In this document: positions 1-10,311 of the stretch, one piece after another
Layout: every line of letters starts with the position of its first letter
Position numbering within the stretch: position 1 is the first letter of the stretch
IMG/VR virus record: IMGVR_UViG_3300042566_001512
Location: 1-64,000 of that record
Direction: 5' to 3' (one strand)
DNA: 64,000 nt
Program-made: the position numbers and the translations under genes
Notes under the pieces: model-generated
Database searches by the model: none
What the model was told of the DNA's origin: nothing
What the model saw: the letters and a program-made list of their open reading frames with translations, nothing else

Positions 1-92
1 AGTTCTTTAAACGTAACAACGATACCGATCTTGAACTTGCAGTCGCTGGTATGATTCTGTATTACGTAGACGTAAACAACATACCTATCTAA
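1..92 (+). CDS. 3' end of a gene entering the window (…FFKRNNDTDLELAVAGMILYYVDVNNIPI*), function unknown
   Basis: Open frame from nt 3 to TAA at 90-92, followed by hairpin at 136-170. Confidence 0.5.
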   Translation, partial: FFKRNNDTDLELAVAGMILYYVDVNNIPI

Positions 93-135
93 AGACGGTT
101 AATAATGAAATATTACGAAAAAGATTCTTAAATAA

Positions 136-170
136 CATAAATGGTTAGGGTTAAACCCTAACCATTTATG
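136..170. terminator. Inverted-repeat hairpin, CATA…TATG family
   Basis: cataaatggttagggt-taa-accctaaccatttatg. Confidence 0.7.
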
Positions 171-386
171 ACGTAATTATTAGCATTTTTAATTAAATTG
201 TATATACGACCAAAATAAAGAAAGCTTCATCGTGATTAACCTCAAAGTCATCAAACGACAATCTCAGCCAGATACTCTCCAGTGCCGATCCACTACTGAG
301 TTTAATATTGGCTCGACATATAAGAAAAGTAATAGTTTTCCGTTTGAACAGGTATTTGGTTTTACTAATTTTACGGAGAAACTGTA

Positions 387-2513
387 ATGATTTTGTTTTT
401 AAATGACTGGCAACGTTACCCACGAGCGGTTATTCATTGGGAGACTAAAAACACCAGTTATCTGGACATGGCCGCAAAATACAAATCAGTCGGCATAGAA
501 AATAATTTCTTTTTTCTGGCTCTACATAATCCAGAGTTAAAACATGTTAATGCACACGAGGATAATCTCCCTCTCAGAATCAAAACTTTAATAGCCATAG
601 AGTGCCGGCAAAACCCGTGGTACTACTTTAGAGAGGTAGCTAGGGCGCCAGCGATTGCGGGTACTAAATCTGGGCCCGTTCTGGCTAACCGCTCCACTAT
701 AGCCCTGTGGTGGTGCTTCTTCAATCACATTACTATTATATTGACGCAACCTCGTCAGACAGGTAAATCTTTTGCAACAGACCAGTTGATGACAGCACTG
801 TTAAACTTCGTCTGCAATAACACCCAGATTAATTTATTGACCAAGGACGATACTTTAAGATCTGCTAACATTGCTAGACTTAAAGATATATACGACGAAT
901 TACCAGGATATCTGAAATTTAAAGATAAAACGGATACAAACAATACGGAGTCCGTAACAATCAACAGATTCAATAACAAGTACATCGCCCACGTACCTCA
1001 GTCATCTCCAAAAAATGCTTATAAATTAGGACGTGGCCTTACCTCTCCAATAATACAGATAGACGAAGCGCCATTCCAGCCAAACATAGAAATATCCATG
1101 GGCTCTGCTCTTGGCGCAATGGGCGCCGCAATAGACAAAGCAAAAGAAGAGGACGAACCGTACGGCACTATAATAACCACCACCGCTGGTAAGAAAGATG
1201 AACCCAGTGGAAAATATATTTATTCTCTAATTGAAGCTTCTGCTGTATTTGATGAAAAATTTTTTGATGCCATAAATCATGAGCAGCTTAAGAGAATAGT
1301 TTGCTCTAATTCGAGAAAAGGGGCGTTTAGAGTATACGCGTGCTTCTCCCACACGCAGCTAGGTAAAGACGATGAATGGCTAAAAGAGAAGCTAAATAGC
1401 TCTATGCAGTCTCCTGATGACGCAAATAGAGACTTCTTTAACAGATGGACCAGCGGTAGCGAATATTCACCTATAGCCACTGTTTACCTGGAGTCTATGA
1501 CAAACAGCGTAGTAGATGCTAATTACCATGAGATTTTCTCCATAGGAAAATACATAGTCAGATGGTACATAGAAGAGAACAGACTTGATCGTTTCATGAA
1601 CACCAGGAAAGTGGTAATGTCAGTCGACACCAGTGACGCCAGCGGAGGAGATGACATATCAACCACGTTTATAGACGTAGAGACCGGTGCATTAATAGGG
1701 GCAGGTACATATAACGAAACTAATCTAATAACTTACGCACAGTGGCTGGTGTTTATATTAGAAAAGTATGAAAATGTTACACTGATAATAGAAAGAAGAA
1801 GCTCCGCTATAGTTATACTGGATTATCTGCTGCTTCTGTTGGTGGAGAAGGGCATCGATCCTTTTAAGAGAATATTCAATTGGATAGTGAATGAGCCTTT
1901 GGAATACAAAAGCCTATACGAAGAAATTAAACAGCCACTGAGACGCAGGTCCGATGACTTGTACGTGAGAGCAAAGAAATATTTTGGATTCGCAACGAGC
2001 GGATCAGGAAGACAGAGTAGATCTGAGCTTTATTCTACTACTTTGCAGCATGCCGTAAAACGATGTTCTGATAAAATGTACGATCGCGTATTAGTGAACC
2101 AAATTACAGGTCTAATTATAAAGAACGGAAGAATAGATCACCGTGACGGAGAAAACGACGACATGGTCATCGCCTATCTGCTAGCTCACTGGTTCATTAC
2201 CTCTGCTAAAAACTTGATCCATTACGGAATAGATCCTACCAGAGTACTGGTAGAGTCTAAGCCACAACAGGTAATAGAGCCCAAGAAAATGTATTTCCAC
2301 GCGGAGCAGCAAAGAATACGATCTCGTATACAGGAAATATACGAACGACTTCAAATTGAAAAAGACTCTAACATTTGCAAAATGTACGAAAGAGAATTAA
2401 TTTTTCTAGATTCTAAAATAGTTCTTCAAGAAGGCGAACATTATTCAGTTGATGCCATAATAAAAGAGGCAGAGAACTCCAGAAAGAGCAGAACTGTAGG
2501 TTATTCTAAATAG
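387..2513 (+). CDS. terL: Terminase large subunit (phiKZ gp25-like)
   Basis: Walker A PRQTGKS, Walker B IQIDEA, motif III TTT, nuclease motif SVDTS, C-terminal NDDMVIAY; 708 aa. Confidence 0.93.
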   Translation: MILFLNDWQRYPRAVIHWETKNTSYLDMAAKYKSVGIENNFFFLALHNPELKHVNAHEDNLPLRIKTLIAIECRQNPWYYFREVARAPAIAGTKSGPVLANRSTIALWWCFFNHITIILTQPRQTGKSFATDQLMTALLNFVCNNTQINLLTKDDTLRSANIARLKDIYDELPGYLKFKDKTDTNNTESVTINRFNNKYIAHVPQSSPKNAYKLGRGLTSPIIQIDEAPFQPNIEISMGSALGAMGAAIDKAKEEDEPYGTIITTTAGKKDEPSGKYIYSLIEASAVFDEKFFDAINHEQLKRIVCSNSRKGAFRVYACFSHTQLGKDDEWLKEKLNSSMQSPDDANRDFFNRWTSGSEYSPIATVYLESMTNSVVDANYHEIFSIGKYIVRWYIEENRLDRFMNTRKVVMSVDTSDASGGDDISTTFIDVETGALIGAGTYNETNLITYAQWLVFILEKYENVTLIIERRSSAIVILDYLLLLLVEKGIDPFKRIFNWIVNEPLEYKSLYEEIKQPLRRRSDDLYVRAKKYFGFATSGSGRQSRSELYSTTLQHAVKRCSDKMYDRVLVNQITGLIIKNGRIDHRDGENDDMVIAYLLAHWFITSAKNLIHYGIDPTRVLVESKPQQVIEPKKMYFHAEQQRIRSRIQEIYERLQIEKDSNICKMYERELIFLDSKIVLQEGEHYSVDAIIKEAENSRKSRTVGYSK

Positions 2514-2522
2514 AAAAACATA

Positions 2523-2560
2523 CGGCATATATCCCCGGTTTTATCCGGGGATATATGCCG
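2523..2560. terminator. Hairpin between convergent genes, CATA…TATG family
   Basis: cggcatatatccccgg-ttttat-ccggggatatatgccg. Confidence 0.8.
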
Positions 2561-2571
2561 CAGTGTAATTC

Positions 2572-2949
2572 TTACTTTATTAGAAGATCTATGTATGCTT
2601 TTATGACCTGTTTTTTCTGAGACTCTTTACTCGCCCAGGGGTGAAGAAACGAAGTTATCTTCAGTTCCCCTTTTAGTTTTTCTTTTATATCTTTTGGTGT
2701 ATCTTCGGTGCATACGCAAAACACGTGGTAGACAGATAGCTTTTTGTTTCTGGACCACTTGCTAATGTATATACAATCGTACACTGTTTCATGGCAATAA
2801 ATTTTTATTTCAAAGCCTTGATTAGTGACTATGGTGTACCCGTCATTTGGGGACTGGTGAGATTTTCCCAGTTTAAAATATCTATCGCCTTTGCTTTCTT
2901 CCCACCAGTCAAGTATTCTGTAAATTACGTTTTTTAGTCCATCCAGCAT
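2572..2949 (-). CDS. Hypothetical protein
   Basis: 125-aa ORF, GAGGG RBS upstream, ends at the hairpin. Confidence 0.7.
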   Translation of the reverse strand: MLDGLKNVIYRILDWWEESKGDRYFKLGKSHQSPNDGYTIVTNQGFEIKIYCHETVYDCIYISKWSRNKKLSVYHVFCVCTEDTPKDIKEKLKGELKITSFLHPWASKESQKKQVIKAYIDLLIK

Positions 2950-2969
2950 AAGACTAGCCCTCTATTCGT

Positions 2970-4202
2970 TTATCGGTTAGAGTAGTGCTGCATAGTGAAC
3001 GTACGGAGTATCACGTATAGCATAAAACCTGTTCTAGTTGCTGCAATTGAAGACGGATCTTTTATCTTAGTCGCAGTCTTTACAAGGTGTTCTGAAGCTT
3101 CTCTTATCTTAATTAACATCTCGTCGCTAGAACGAGAACTCATGTATATTCCTCGAATTTTACTTAGCAGGCCAGTCAAATCGCCTTTATTAGCCAAGGC
3201 GGATTTGTTTCCTGTTAAATACTCGAACACGTGCTCCATTATTAGTTCTACCGTTTTCTCTACCTGGTTGTCGGACAGGTGTCTGTAGTTAATGCTGCTC
3301 CATTCCAGAACCTTTACTAGATTAGACGGTGACATTGTGGGCATGACGCTACACACCACGTCGACTAACTCTTGTCTAATGAATGAATTTTTGTCGGTTA
3401 TAATGGAGTTTATGTATCGCAAGTAGTTACTCATGCTTTTTGATTTATCTTTGAGTATCATCTCACCGTCGGTTTCTACCAGTGAACTACTTCGCATTAT
3501 CTTAACACCGCGCTCCGCCATTTCGTAGTGAACAGAGGCTATGTTCTTTAGCATGTCTCTTATTCGACCCTGTACGTCATTTAGCATCTGCACTACTCGA
3601 GTGTCATTATTCATATTTTTTATTACGTCGCGCCATATAGAATCTTCTGCTATCACGGACTCTGCTCTGGCCCTAAGCGCAGCTCCCCAACTTCCGTGCA
3701 CTTTGAGTGCATATTTGTAGCTAAGAGATGAGTATGTGGCGGCAGCTATCTCGGCATCAGCGGGGTATCTAAAATGCCTAAATAATCTAGAGGTCAGAAA
3801 CTTGTACTGTAAATAAGAGCATATTCTTATTTTTCCCTCTTCTTTTAAATCCTTATCTAAATAGCTACTGTTTTCTATAGCGTGCATTATCCAAATGCAC
3901 GCTATGTTAAATATGTCACTAGATACTATTCGATGAGTTTCTATGGCGGGCAATCTATGCACTCTCTCCTCTAGATCCAAATCGTTCACTTCTAGTATGT
4001 CTATAAATAATTTATTTCTATCGTCGTCAGTAAATCTGACCACTTGAACACCAGTGAGAGCGCCACCAAAGAACTCAACATGCTCTTGTTTTTTATTTAC
4101 AAAACTAGCTTCAAGGTTAACGAGTTTCTTAATAAAATCTCGATTAATTTTTATATGAGCACATTCCTCATCGAAGATTGCCTTAATGGATTTATCTCGC
4201 AT
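2970..4202 (-). CDS. Conserved virion structural protein (phiKZ gp32-like)
   Basis: 410 aa; size and position between terminase and tubulin. Confidence 0.65.
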   Translation of the reverse strand: MRDKSIKAIFDEECAHIKINRDFIKKLVNLEASFVNKKQEHVEFFGGALTGVQVVRFTDDDRNKLFIDILEVNDLDLEERVHRLPAIETHRIVSSDIFNIACIWIMHAIENSSYLDKDLKEEGKIRICSYLQYKFLTSRLFRHFRYPADAEIAAATYSSLSYKYALKVHGSWGAALRARAESVIAEDSIWRDVIKNMNNDTRVVQMLNDVQGRIRDMLKNIASVHYEMAERGVKIMRSSSLVETDGEMILKDKSKSMSNYLRYINSIITDKNSFIRQELVDVVCSVMPTMSPSNLVKVLEWSSINYRHLSDNQVEKTVELIMEHVFEYLTGNKSALANKGDLTGLLSKIRGIYMSSRSSDEMLIKIREASEHLVKTATKIKDPSSIAATRTGFMLYVILRTFTMQHYSNR

Positions 4203-4704
4203 TTTTTACCCCATTAAGGTGCTCGACCAGTGACTCCATTCCGTATACTACTTTTATTTTGTTATTGCCAGCAATACTTAGCAAACACTCCATTACTGGC
4301 GACAGTTCTACCTGACTGTGAGGATCGTCCATGTAAACGACCATGTCGGGGTCTTTACCGTCATTAGTAGTTTCGTTTGCTGCCGCTTTAAAGTCTATCA
4401 GATCAACCGGAGAAATGGTTATTGGGTCTACTGTATAAACTACTGTGTAATACATGTTAGAATTTTCGTAATGGTCTTTTTCTTGAACCACGCCAGCGTA
4501 TATGGCTGCATTGTTGGCCTCGTCTATCTGCATACTCTCAAGAGCGTATCCAGAGGACGGATCTATTTCTTTTTTATAAACTTGTTGAAGTGCGCTAGTT
4601 ATCTGTTCGCCAATAACGCCCTTAATAGCGACAACGTTATTATTGTCCAGTTCTATTATTGCACTAAGTACCGGATGAATAATTTCTTGTTCTTTGTTTT
4701 CCAT
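4192..4704 (-). CDS. Hypothetical, probable head protein with prohead-protease sites
   Basis: Likely start MENKEQ at 4704; ALES and GMES match the S/A/G-x-E cleavage motif. Confidence 0.6.
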   Translation of the reverse strand: MENKEQEIIHPVLSAIIELDNNNVVAIKGVIGEQITSALQQVYKKEIDPSSGYALESMQIDEANNAAIYAGVVQEKDHYENSNMYYTVVYTVDPITISPVDLIDFKAAANETTNDGKDPDMVVYMDDPHSQVELSPVMECLLSIAGNNKIKVVYGMESLVEHLNGVKNAR

Positions 4705-4729
4705 GATAAATTTATCCTTTTTCACATGT

Positions 4730-5560
4730 TCATCTATTAGCGCCAACTGCAAGCTTAATAAGGCGGTGGAATGCTGGCGTGTCGTTCATCACAGATATGG
4801 CCATCCAAGACTTAAGTTTATCTTGATAATTCTGCTCGGCGTCAGCATAACTTTCTACAATTTGCTTGAACACCCCCAGTGACTGACCGCCCTGTAATTC
4901 ACCCATATCCATGTCGACAATTAATTCATTGTAAATATATGATTTTACAGCAAATTCTACTAGCTGGGCAAAGTCCCTAAAGCTCCTTGGCTGTATGTTG
5001 CTTAGGTTTTCGTCATTTTCTAAAGTACATCTTAGTACCGCAGTGGGCGGCATAGCAAACACGTCTTTTATCATTATGGTGTTTTCCGCTACCAGCTGTG
5101 CGTCAGAAGTGGAGGTTATTGGTATTCTATCCAAAGACGCCATTATTCCCAATGCGGCGTTCATGCTTGCAGTGTTTTCAGTCATGTCTATTGACGCGTT
5201 GTATCCGTACCCTGGTGCGCCGGAGTATAGGCCCGATATGCCCAAATCGTAGTAATTAACGTTGCTAACTGATATGATTGATTTATTATTAGTTCTAGTT
5301 TTAGGTATGTGAATTATGGTGATGTAGTTATTTGGTTTATCTATAGGTAAACCATCAAGCGGAATCATGGCAGTGACTCCACCTACCAAATTACAATCTA
5401 ATAAAACGCGAGGCCGTAATACCATAGTGAGCATCTGGTCATCGACGTTGGTCTGACTAGTAAATCTATAGTCAAACGTTCTTTTAATAAATGCTTTTTC
5501 TAATATATGCTTATTTATTCTTCTTTTAGTTTCCGCGATTGAATACCTGATAATATCCAT
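4730..5560 (-). CDS. Conserved phiKZ-like protein, probably virion/neck
   Basis: 276-aa ORF divergent from tubulin; synteny. Confidence 0.6.
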   Translation of the reverse strand: MDIIRYSIAETKRRINKHILEKAFIKRTFDYRFTSQTNVDDQMLTMVLRPRVLLDCNLVGGVTAMIPLDGLPIDKPNNYITIIHIPKTRTNNKSIISVSNVNYYDLGISGLYSGAPGYGYNASIDMTENTASMNAALGIMASLDRIPITSTSDAQLVAENTIMIKDVFAMPPTAVLRCTLENDENLSNIQPRSFRDFAQLVEFAVKSYIYNELIVDMDMGELQGGQSLGVFKQIVESYADAEQNYQDKLKSWMAISVMNDTPAFHRLIKLAVGANR

Positions 5561-5592
5561 GGTAGTTTGTTCTTTCTTAAAGATTGTAAATA

Positions 5593-5617
5593 TTTTTAGT
5601 CACTTATTATAGATGTG
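5593..5617 (+). promoter_or_regulatory. Putative early (virion RNAP) promoter
   Basis: tttttagtcacttattat-agatg-tg; matches motif repeated upstream of other units. Confidence 0.55.
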
Positions 5618-5778
5618 ACAATACTTAAAGCTTATTCGCTAGGTAGGTTTTCATAACATTCTTTTAAAGGAATTCCATGACAGTACCTTAATAATGGCAA
5701 TTTTTAGCCGTTGAAAACGTGAACAATCAAAGAAAACCTAAGTTTATTTTACCCATCAAATGTAAAAGGAAATAGAAA

Positions 5779-6810
5779 ATGACCACTACACAAAAAAATA
5801 CCATAAACGTTATTGGCTGCGGCGGAGTTGGCCTTAACATCGTCAATATGCTGGAGCCGGCTCGTAATTCTGAAATTACTGGGTTTGCAAAATACAAGCT
5901 GTGTTATGTAGACACTAGTAAATCCAACATGATCAGAAAGAAAATCAATCCGGACGATGTATTTCTTTTCGAGGACATGGACGGATCTGGTAAAATTCGA
6001 AAAGAAAATCACACCGCCATCGCGGCAAATACAAAAGCGATTCTCCAAAAATTCAAACCTACAGATTTCAATATCGTGGTGCACAGCGCATCCGGGGGCA
6101 GCGGTAGCGTTTTGGCTCCGAGCGTGGTGTCCGAGCTGCTCAAGGCAGGAAAGGAAGTCATCGTCATCGTAGTGGCTTCTTTTGGTTCTGTAATTGAAGT
6201 GGAAAACACCACAAAAACTCTCCAAACTTACGAATCCATCTCTGAGCTTCGAGAGAAGAATGTCAACGTTGTTTACATGCAAAACAGCGTTACTGAAAAC
6301 AATGAGTTGCAAATCAATTCTCAAGCGATGCACATGCTGTCTCTCTTGCTGGGCTTGCTGTCCGGAGAGCACGAACAGCTAGATACGGCAGACCTGAAGA
6401 CCTGGCTAAACCACAACAAGGTCACTGGCAACCCGACGTGTATCAACAACGTGCTGGTTGGTTATGGTCCGGAGCTTCGTCCCCAATATACCGAAGATCA
6501 CTTTGTAATAGAGAATCCGATATCTGTGGCCACTTTGGCAACTCGAGACATGAACACCCGGTACAGTCACACTCCGTCCATTAAATTCGAAGGATACGTT
6601 CCTTCTCAATGGTCTACCGGAGATGCGAGCGGACTCACTACTATTAAAGACGAAGCCATCCACTTTTGTGTGATGGAAGACAAAATGGAGTCTATTTACA
6701 AACACCTGGCTAACTTCCTAAAAGAGCTAAGGGCCGCAGAAGGAAGCAGAGTGCGTAGAAAATCCATTTTGGGAGACGCAAACGTTACGGATGACGGGAT
6801 GGTTTTGTAA
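5779..6810 (+). CDS. phuZ: PhuZ tubulin-like spindle protein
   Basis: IGCGGVG, DGSGK, tubulin signature HSASGGSGS, acidic tail TDDGMVL. Confidence 0.93.
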   Translation: MTTTQKNTINVIGCGGVGLNIVNMLEPARNSEITGFAKYKLCYVDTSKSNMIRKKINPDDVFLFEDMDGSGKIRKENHTAIAANTKAILQKFKPTDFNIVVHSASGGSGSVLAPSVVSELLKAGKEVIVIVVASFGSVIEVENTTKTLQTYESISELREKNVNVVYMQNSVTENNELQINSQAMHMLSLLLGLLSGEHEQLDTADLKTWLNHNKVTGNPTCINNVLVGYGPELRPQYTEDHFVIENPISVATLATRDMNTRYSHTPSIKFEGYVPSQWSTGDASGLTTIKDEAIHFCVMEDKMESIYKHLANFLKELRAAEGSRVRRKSILGDANVTDDGMVL

Positions 6811-6834
6811 TTAATTATTCGTTAAATAAATAGC

Positions 6835-6878
6835 GATCCCCCTCATCCTTTGAGATGAGGGGGTCTTATGCTCTTTTT
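6835..6878 (+). terminator. Hairpin terminator after phuZ
   Basis: gatccccctcatc/gatgagggggtc then TATG and T-tract. Confidence 0.7.
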
Positions 6879-6898
6879 CATTAACGTTTTTTAAGGCT

Positions 6899-7567
6899 AT
6901 GTTAGCAATGGACATTAATAACTTGGAAATAGAATCTACTCTTACGCTTAACGTGGAGGATTGCGCCGGCTACATAGAAACCTACTGTTGTGATTTTCTA
7001 CTTCCTCCGCCAAAGGGTATCTACAGCAATAGCAGGATCGACCCCGTAATGAGGGATGGCGGGAACTACTATACGGTGCAAATTAATAAAGGTCAGATAA
7101 AAAGAACACAGGTCACTGATCTAAATAAAGTTAAAAAGGGTTTATCTGTATATACTGAGATAAATGGAAAAGACACGGTTGTAGTTACTAGCATGCAACT
7201 GCAAAATAAAGACAGGTGTCTTGGTACTCTGCCAATCAGACCTTACCGAGGCGTCAAGATAGTGGAGCAGTTGATCAATAACCAAGTGGATGGATTTATA
7301 AAATATCGCAAAGGTTCTAAGGATCTTTACAGCGGGATAACTTGCCACATGATCGAAAACATAACAGATGAGCAACTAGAAGACGTAGTATCTGTTATAA
7401 AAGAGCAATATTCTGAAATTCGTAAAGTCTTGCGAGATTTCATGGGTAAGCACGATTGGAATTTGTATTTTGTGTCTCTAAAAAGTGGCAATGCTACAAT
7501 TCAAAAGTCCATAGACTGGAGAGCGTACGACTGGATGTGTAGGATGGAATCTAAAGAGTGGTCATAA
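6899..7567 (+). CDS. Conserved hypothetical protein
   Basis: 222-aa ORF, first gene of the operon preceding the DNA polymerase. Confidence 0.75.
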   Translation: MLAMDINNLEIESTLTLNVEDCAGYIETYCCDFLLPPPKGIYSNSRIDPVMRDGGNYYTVQINKGQIKRTQVTDLNKVKKGLSVYTEINGKDTVVVTSMQLQNKDRCLGTLPIRPYRGVKIVEQLINNQVDGFIKYRKGSKDLYSGITCHMIENITDEQLEDVVSVIKEQYSEIRKVLRDFMGKHDWNLYFVSLKSGNATIQKSIDWRAYDWMCRMESKEWS

Positions 7568-7951
7568 ATGATAGTAGCCATAGACTTTAGGGATGCATTG
7601 CAGGAGTTTTCTGACTCGCTTGGTGTTGATCGTCGTGACACTGACTCTATGTGGTACGTGGCAGATTTATTTGATATGCTTCTAAAGGCCGCACTTGATT
7701 CAAATAAAGAGTACAAAAAACAAATAGACGGGTTAGTAAGTAAACTTCAGGCCGAAACCGGAGAACCCAGATCTATTTGTCAGAGCTCGTGCGACTTAGC
7801 AATAACTCAGGTGCTTAACAAAATGGATGAAATATTCGCTAACGTAAGACACATCGATCTCTATAAAACGTCTAAGGACGTAAATAGAGCCAACGGCTCA
7901 ATGTCCGTTTACACGATTAACGTAGGCGAGCTGTCCCTAACCTACATCTAG
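7568..7951 (+). CDS. Hypothetical protein (tandem array member 1)
   Basis: 127 aa, abuts previous stop. Confidence 0.7.
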   Translation: MIVAIDFRDALQEFSDSLGVDRRDTDSMWYVADLFDMLLKAALDSNKEYKKQIDGLVSKLQAETGEPRSICQSSCDLAITQVLNKMDEIFANVRHIDLYKTSKDVNRANGSMSVYTINVGELSLTYI

Positions 7952-7954
7952 AAA

Positions 7955-8329
7955 ATGATTCTAAAGATAAGGTTTGTAGATACTCTGCATTGTATAGCGG
8001 AAATGGCCAGCGCCGACGCGGCCGACAAAGAAGCAAACGCGTTATTGGATCTATTGGTTATTTCTGTGTTTTCTGACCACGTCTATTATAAAGAAAAAAA
8101 CGTAGAAGAAAAAATTAATAGACTAATAAATACGATGTCAATAAGTCCAGAGTGTTTAGAAGAAATAACGCTGTCTCTTTTCTCAGAGATGGCCGAACAC
8201 TTTTCCATATTTGCGATACCTCAACCAGCATCCACGTATAAGTCGCCATGCGTATACAAAACATCCAAAGCAACTTACTGTCTCTTAACGAATCAGGTAC
8301 TGATAAAAATGCCCAGAATCGAGCACTAA
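7955..8329 (+). CDS. Hypothetical protein (array member 2)
   Basis: 124 aa, tightly packed. Confidence 0.7.
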   Translation: MILKIRFVDTLHCIAEMASADAADKEANALLDLLVISVFSDHVYYKEKNVEEKINRLINTMSISPECLEEITLSLFSEMAEHFSIFAIPQPASTYKSPCVYKTSKATYCLLTNQVLIKMPRIEH

Positions 8330-8778
8330 AACAACTAACAACTTGCGTGGTGCGCAGCAAAGATTTGCATAATTTGGATTTATTGCTAAAAAGCGAATTC
8401 CCTACCATCTACGAACTAATAGGCGGTGCAGAGGGGTTGCTAATGTGCGCCGATAACGGCGACAATAAAATAGTAGAAATATCTAAAGATAGAGAAAAAC
8501 TACACGATAGATTGGCCAATGAATGTTACGCGGTATTAGATGGCGCTGCTCAAAACGAAAGTTTTCATTATAATAATTACATGTTGCCAAGTGAGCTAGA
8601 CAGGGAGTACTTGAGCTGGGGTTTTACCGACACTCTTTTAAAACTAACAGACATTTATCGGCAAATAATCACAGATGACATGTCCGACGTTTTAAAAAAT
8701 GAAAAAAACATAGTAATCGTAAATATAGTTAGATCTCCAATCAGGGAGGTCTACTATGTTCAGTTTAGCAGTAAATAA
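8248..8778 (+). CDS. Hypothetical protein (array member 3; start uncertain)
   Basis: Up to 176 aa; overlaps previous gene. Confidence 0.6.
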   Translation: MRIQNIQSNLLSLNESGTDKNAQNRALKQLTTCVVRSKDLHNLDLLLKSEFPTIYELIGGAEGLLMCADNGDNKIVEISKDREKLHDRLANECYAVLDGAAQNESFHYNNYMLPSELDREYLSWGFTDTLLKLTDIYRQIITDDMSDVLKNEKNIVIVNIVRSPIREVYYVQFSSK

Positions 8779-8786
8779 ACGAGCTA

Positions 8787-9143
8787 ATGAAGATTTTAGT
8801 ACACCTTCCAGAAGTGGCAAAGTCCCTAGGCGATAAAGAATTTAACAAAACGGCACCAACGGTGGACGTGGACGCATTAGTTGACTACATATGCGGGGAA
8901 TACATTTTTAGCTCTGACATAGATAATGTCTTAATAAATTGTTTAGATTCTCTGGGCAGCGTGACGGACTACTACAACTGCGACATTTCTTACAATAAAT
9001 TGGTATCGACTATTTACGCCACGATTGTGGATATATATGGTAGACTGGATGAATACATGATACGAGAAAACGTAGCATACGGTAAAAATAATCTTCGTCT
9101 TCAATGTCGAATTGGGGATTTGTATGTATTTGAATTTCAATAA
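8787..9143 (+). CDS. Hypothetical protein (array member 4)
   Basis: 118 aa. Confidence 0.7.
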   Translation: MKILVHLPEVAKSLGDKEFNKTAPTVDVDALVDYICGEYIFSSDIDNVLINCLDSLGSVTDYYNCDISYNKLVSTIYATIVDIYGRLDEYMIRENVAYGKNNLRLQCRIGDLYVFEFQ

Positions 9144-9588
9144 ACAGCACAGTAGACGACCTCCTAAATTCGTAAACGTTAATGTTAGCGGATTTACTAA
9201 ATCCGTTTACGAGTTAGAAAAAGACACAGGTCTTATTATAGACTGCTCTGACATCTTAAAAGAGATAACCTGTTGCATAAAAGACAAAATGTGCGCACAG
9301 GTAGAGCTGGAGATGTACGGTCTTTCTTTAATGGAGAGTCAGTGTCACTCTGACAGAGACGAAGAAGTCAATAAGATAATTCGTTTATTTATAAATACGG
9401 GCAATCTGGTTTACCAGGAGTGCTTAGATCACGGTCTTTATGATGGAAACACCTTGGGATTCGTTTTCAGCAATTGTGTTAAGGATAATTTAGTATTTAT
9501 AGAAAGAACCAGTATGGTGGAGATACTTCGCGATGAATTCAATACGGTTACTACTAGATACCCGATGTTTGTTCAAGTATCTTGGTGA
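9112..9588 (+). CDS. Hypothetical protein (array member 5; likely start MYLNF at 9124)
   Basis: About 154 aa. Confidence 0.65.
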   Translation: MGICMYLNFNKQHSRRPPKFVNVNVSGFTKSVYELEKDTGLIIDCSDILKEITCCIKDKMCAQVELEMYGLSLMESQCHSDRDEEVNKIIRLFINTGNLVYQECLDHGLYDGNTLGFVFSNCVKDNLVFIERTSMVEILRDEFNTVTTRYPMFVQVSW

Positions 9589-9913
9589 AAACGAATACTA
9601 CGCCAGACTAACACCGGACGATAAAACAGAAATAATACAACAGGCATTTGATGTTTTATCAGATCGGTATTGGCACGAACAAAATCAAGGAAAGAAATAC
9701 GTAGTACTAGATTTACTTAAAACAAAACCGCTGGAGCACAAACGCTCCAGCGTAGATTCTTTATTTAATTTTTTGTGTTTTGAATTAGAGATTCTAATAA
9801 AAGAGCATCTTCGCTCAGAACTCGAACTAATAAAGCATATACAGGATTTTGCCTTGATAAATAATTTGATTGTTATACAGTTTACTAAAGGAATTAAAAA
9901 ATATGTTTTATAA
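9533..9913 (+). CDS. Hypothetical protein (array member 6)
   Basis: 126 aa, GGAG RBS. Confidence 0.7.
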   Translation: MNSIRLLLDTRCLFKYLGENEYYARLTPDDKTEIIQQAFDVLSDRYWHEQNQGKKYVVLDLLKTKPLEHKRSSVDSLFNFLCFELEILIKEHLRSELELIKHIQDFALINNLIVIQFTKGIKKYVL

Positions 9914-10298
9914 CTTAGAATTAGGAAAGTCCTACGATTTTACCTTATACGCAAGCGGTGTTCTTGGCTCCGGATTTAGGAACTCAAAAGTGGTAGGCAT
10001 AATGGACTACGACTCCGCTAAATATATACAGGATGTTTCTCCCCTGCATATTCAAGCTTATCCTCAGCTTCCTAGCGGAACCCCTAGGAACGCCAGAGAC
10101 TTAGTATATGTGAAAATAAAAACGCCACTAAACGAGCTACGTGTTATAGCCATGGATTGGATATCGTCCGTTCCGGTTCTTGTTACATCGCAGGCCGCCA
10201 GAGTTACTATTAGCCAAATAAGCTCATCTGACGTTAGCATTATTAGGGACCTTCTCGTCGTCAACGGATACCCTAATTTAGACATCCAGCTTTTGTAA
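9903..10298 (+). CDS. Conserved hypothetical protein (phiKZ gp49-like)
   Basis: ATG 9903 with AAAGGA RBS; last gene before the polymerase. Confidence 0.65.
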   Translation: MFYNLELGKSYDFTLYASGVLGSGFRNSKVVGIMDYDSAKYIQDVSPLHIQAYPQLPSGTPRNARDLVYVKIKTPLNELRVIAMDWISSVPVLVTSQAARVTISQISSSDVSIIRDLLVVNGYPNLDIQLL

Positions 10299-10311
10299 AC
10301 GTATATTGTAT

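Noticed and set aside
193-423. 76-aa minus-strand ORF containing SALES
   Set aside because: Overlaps the terminase start and has no convincing RBS or start; cannot be supported.
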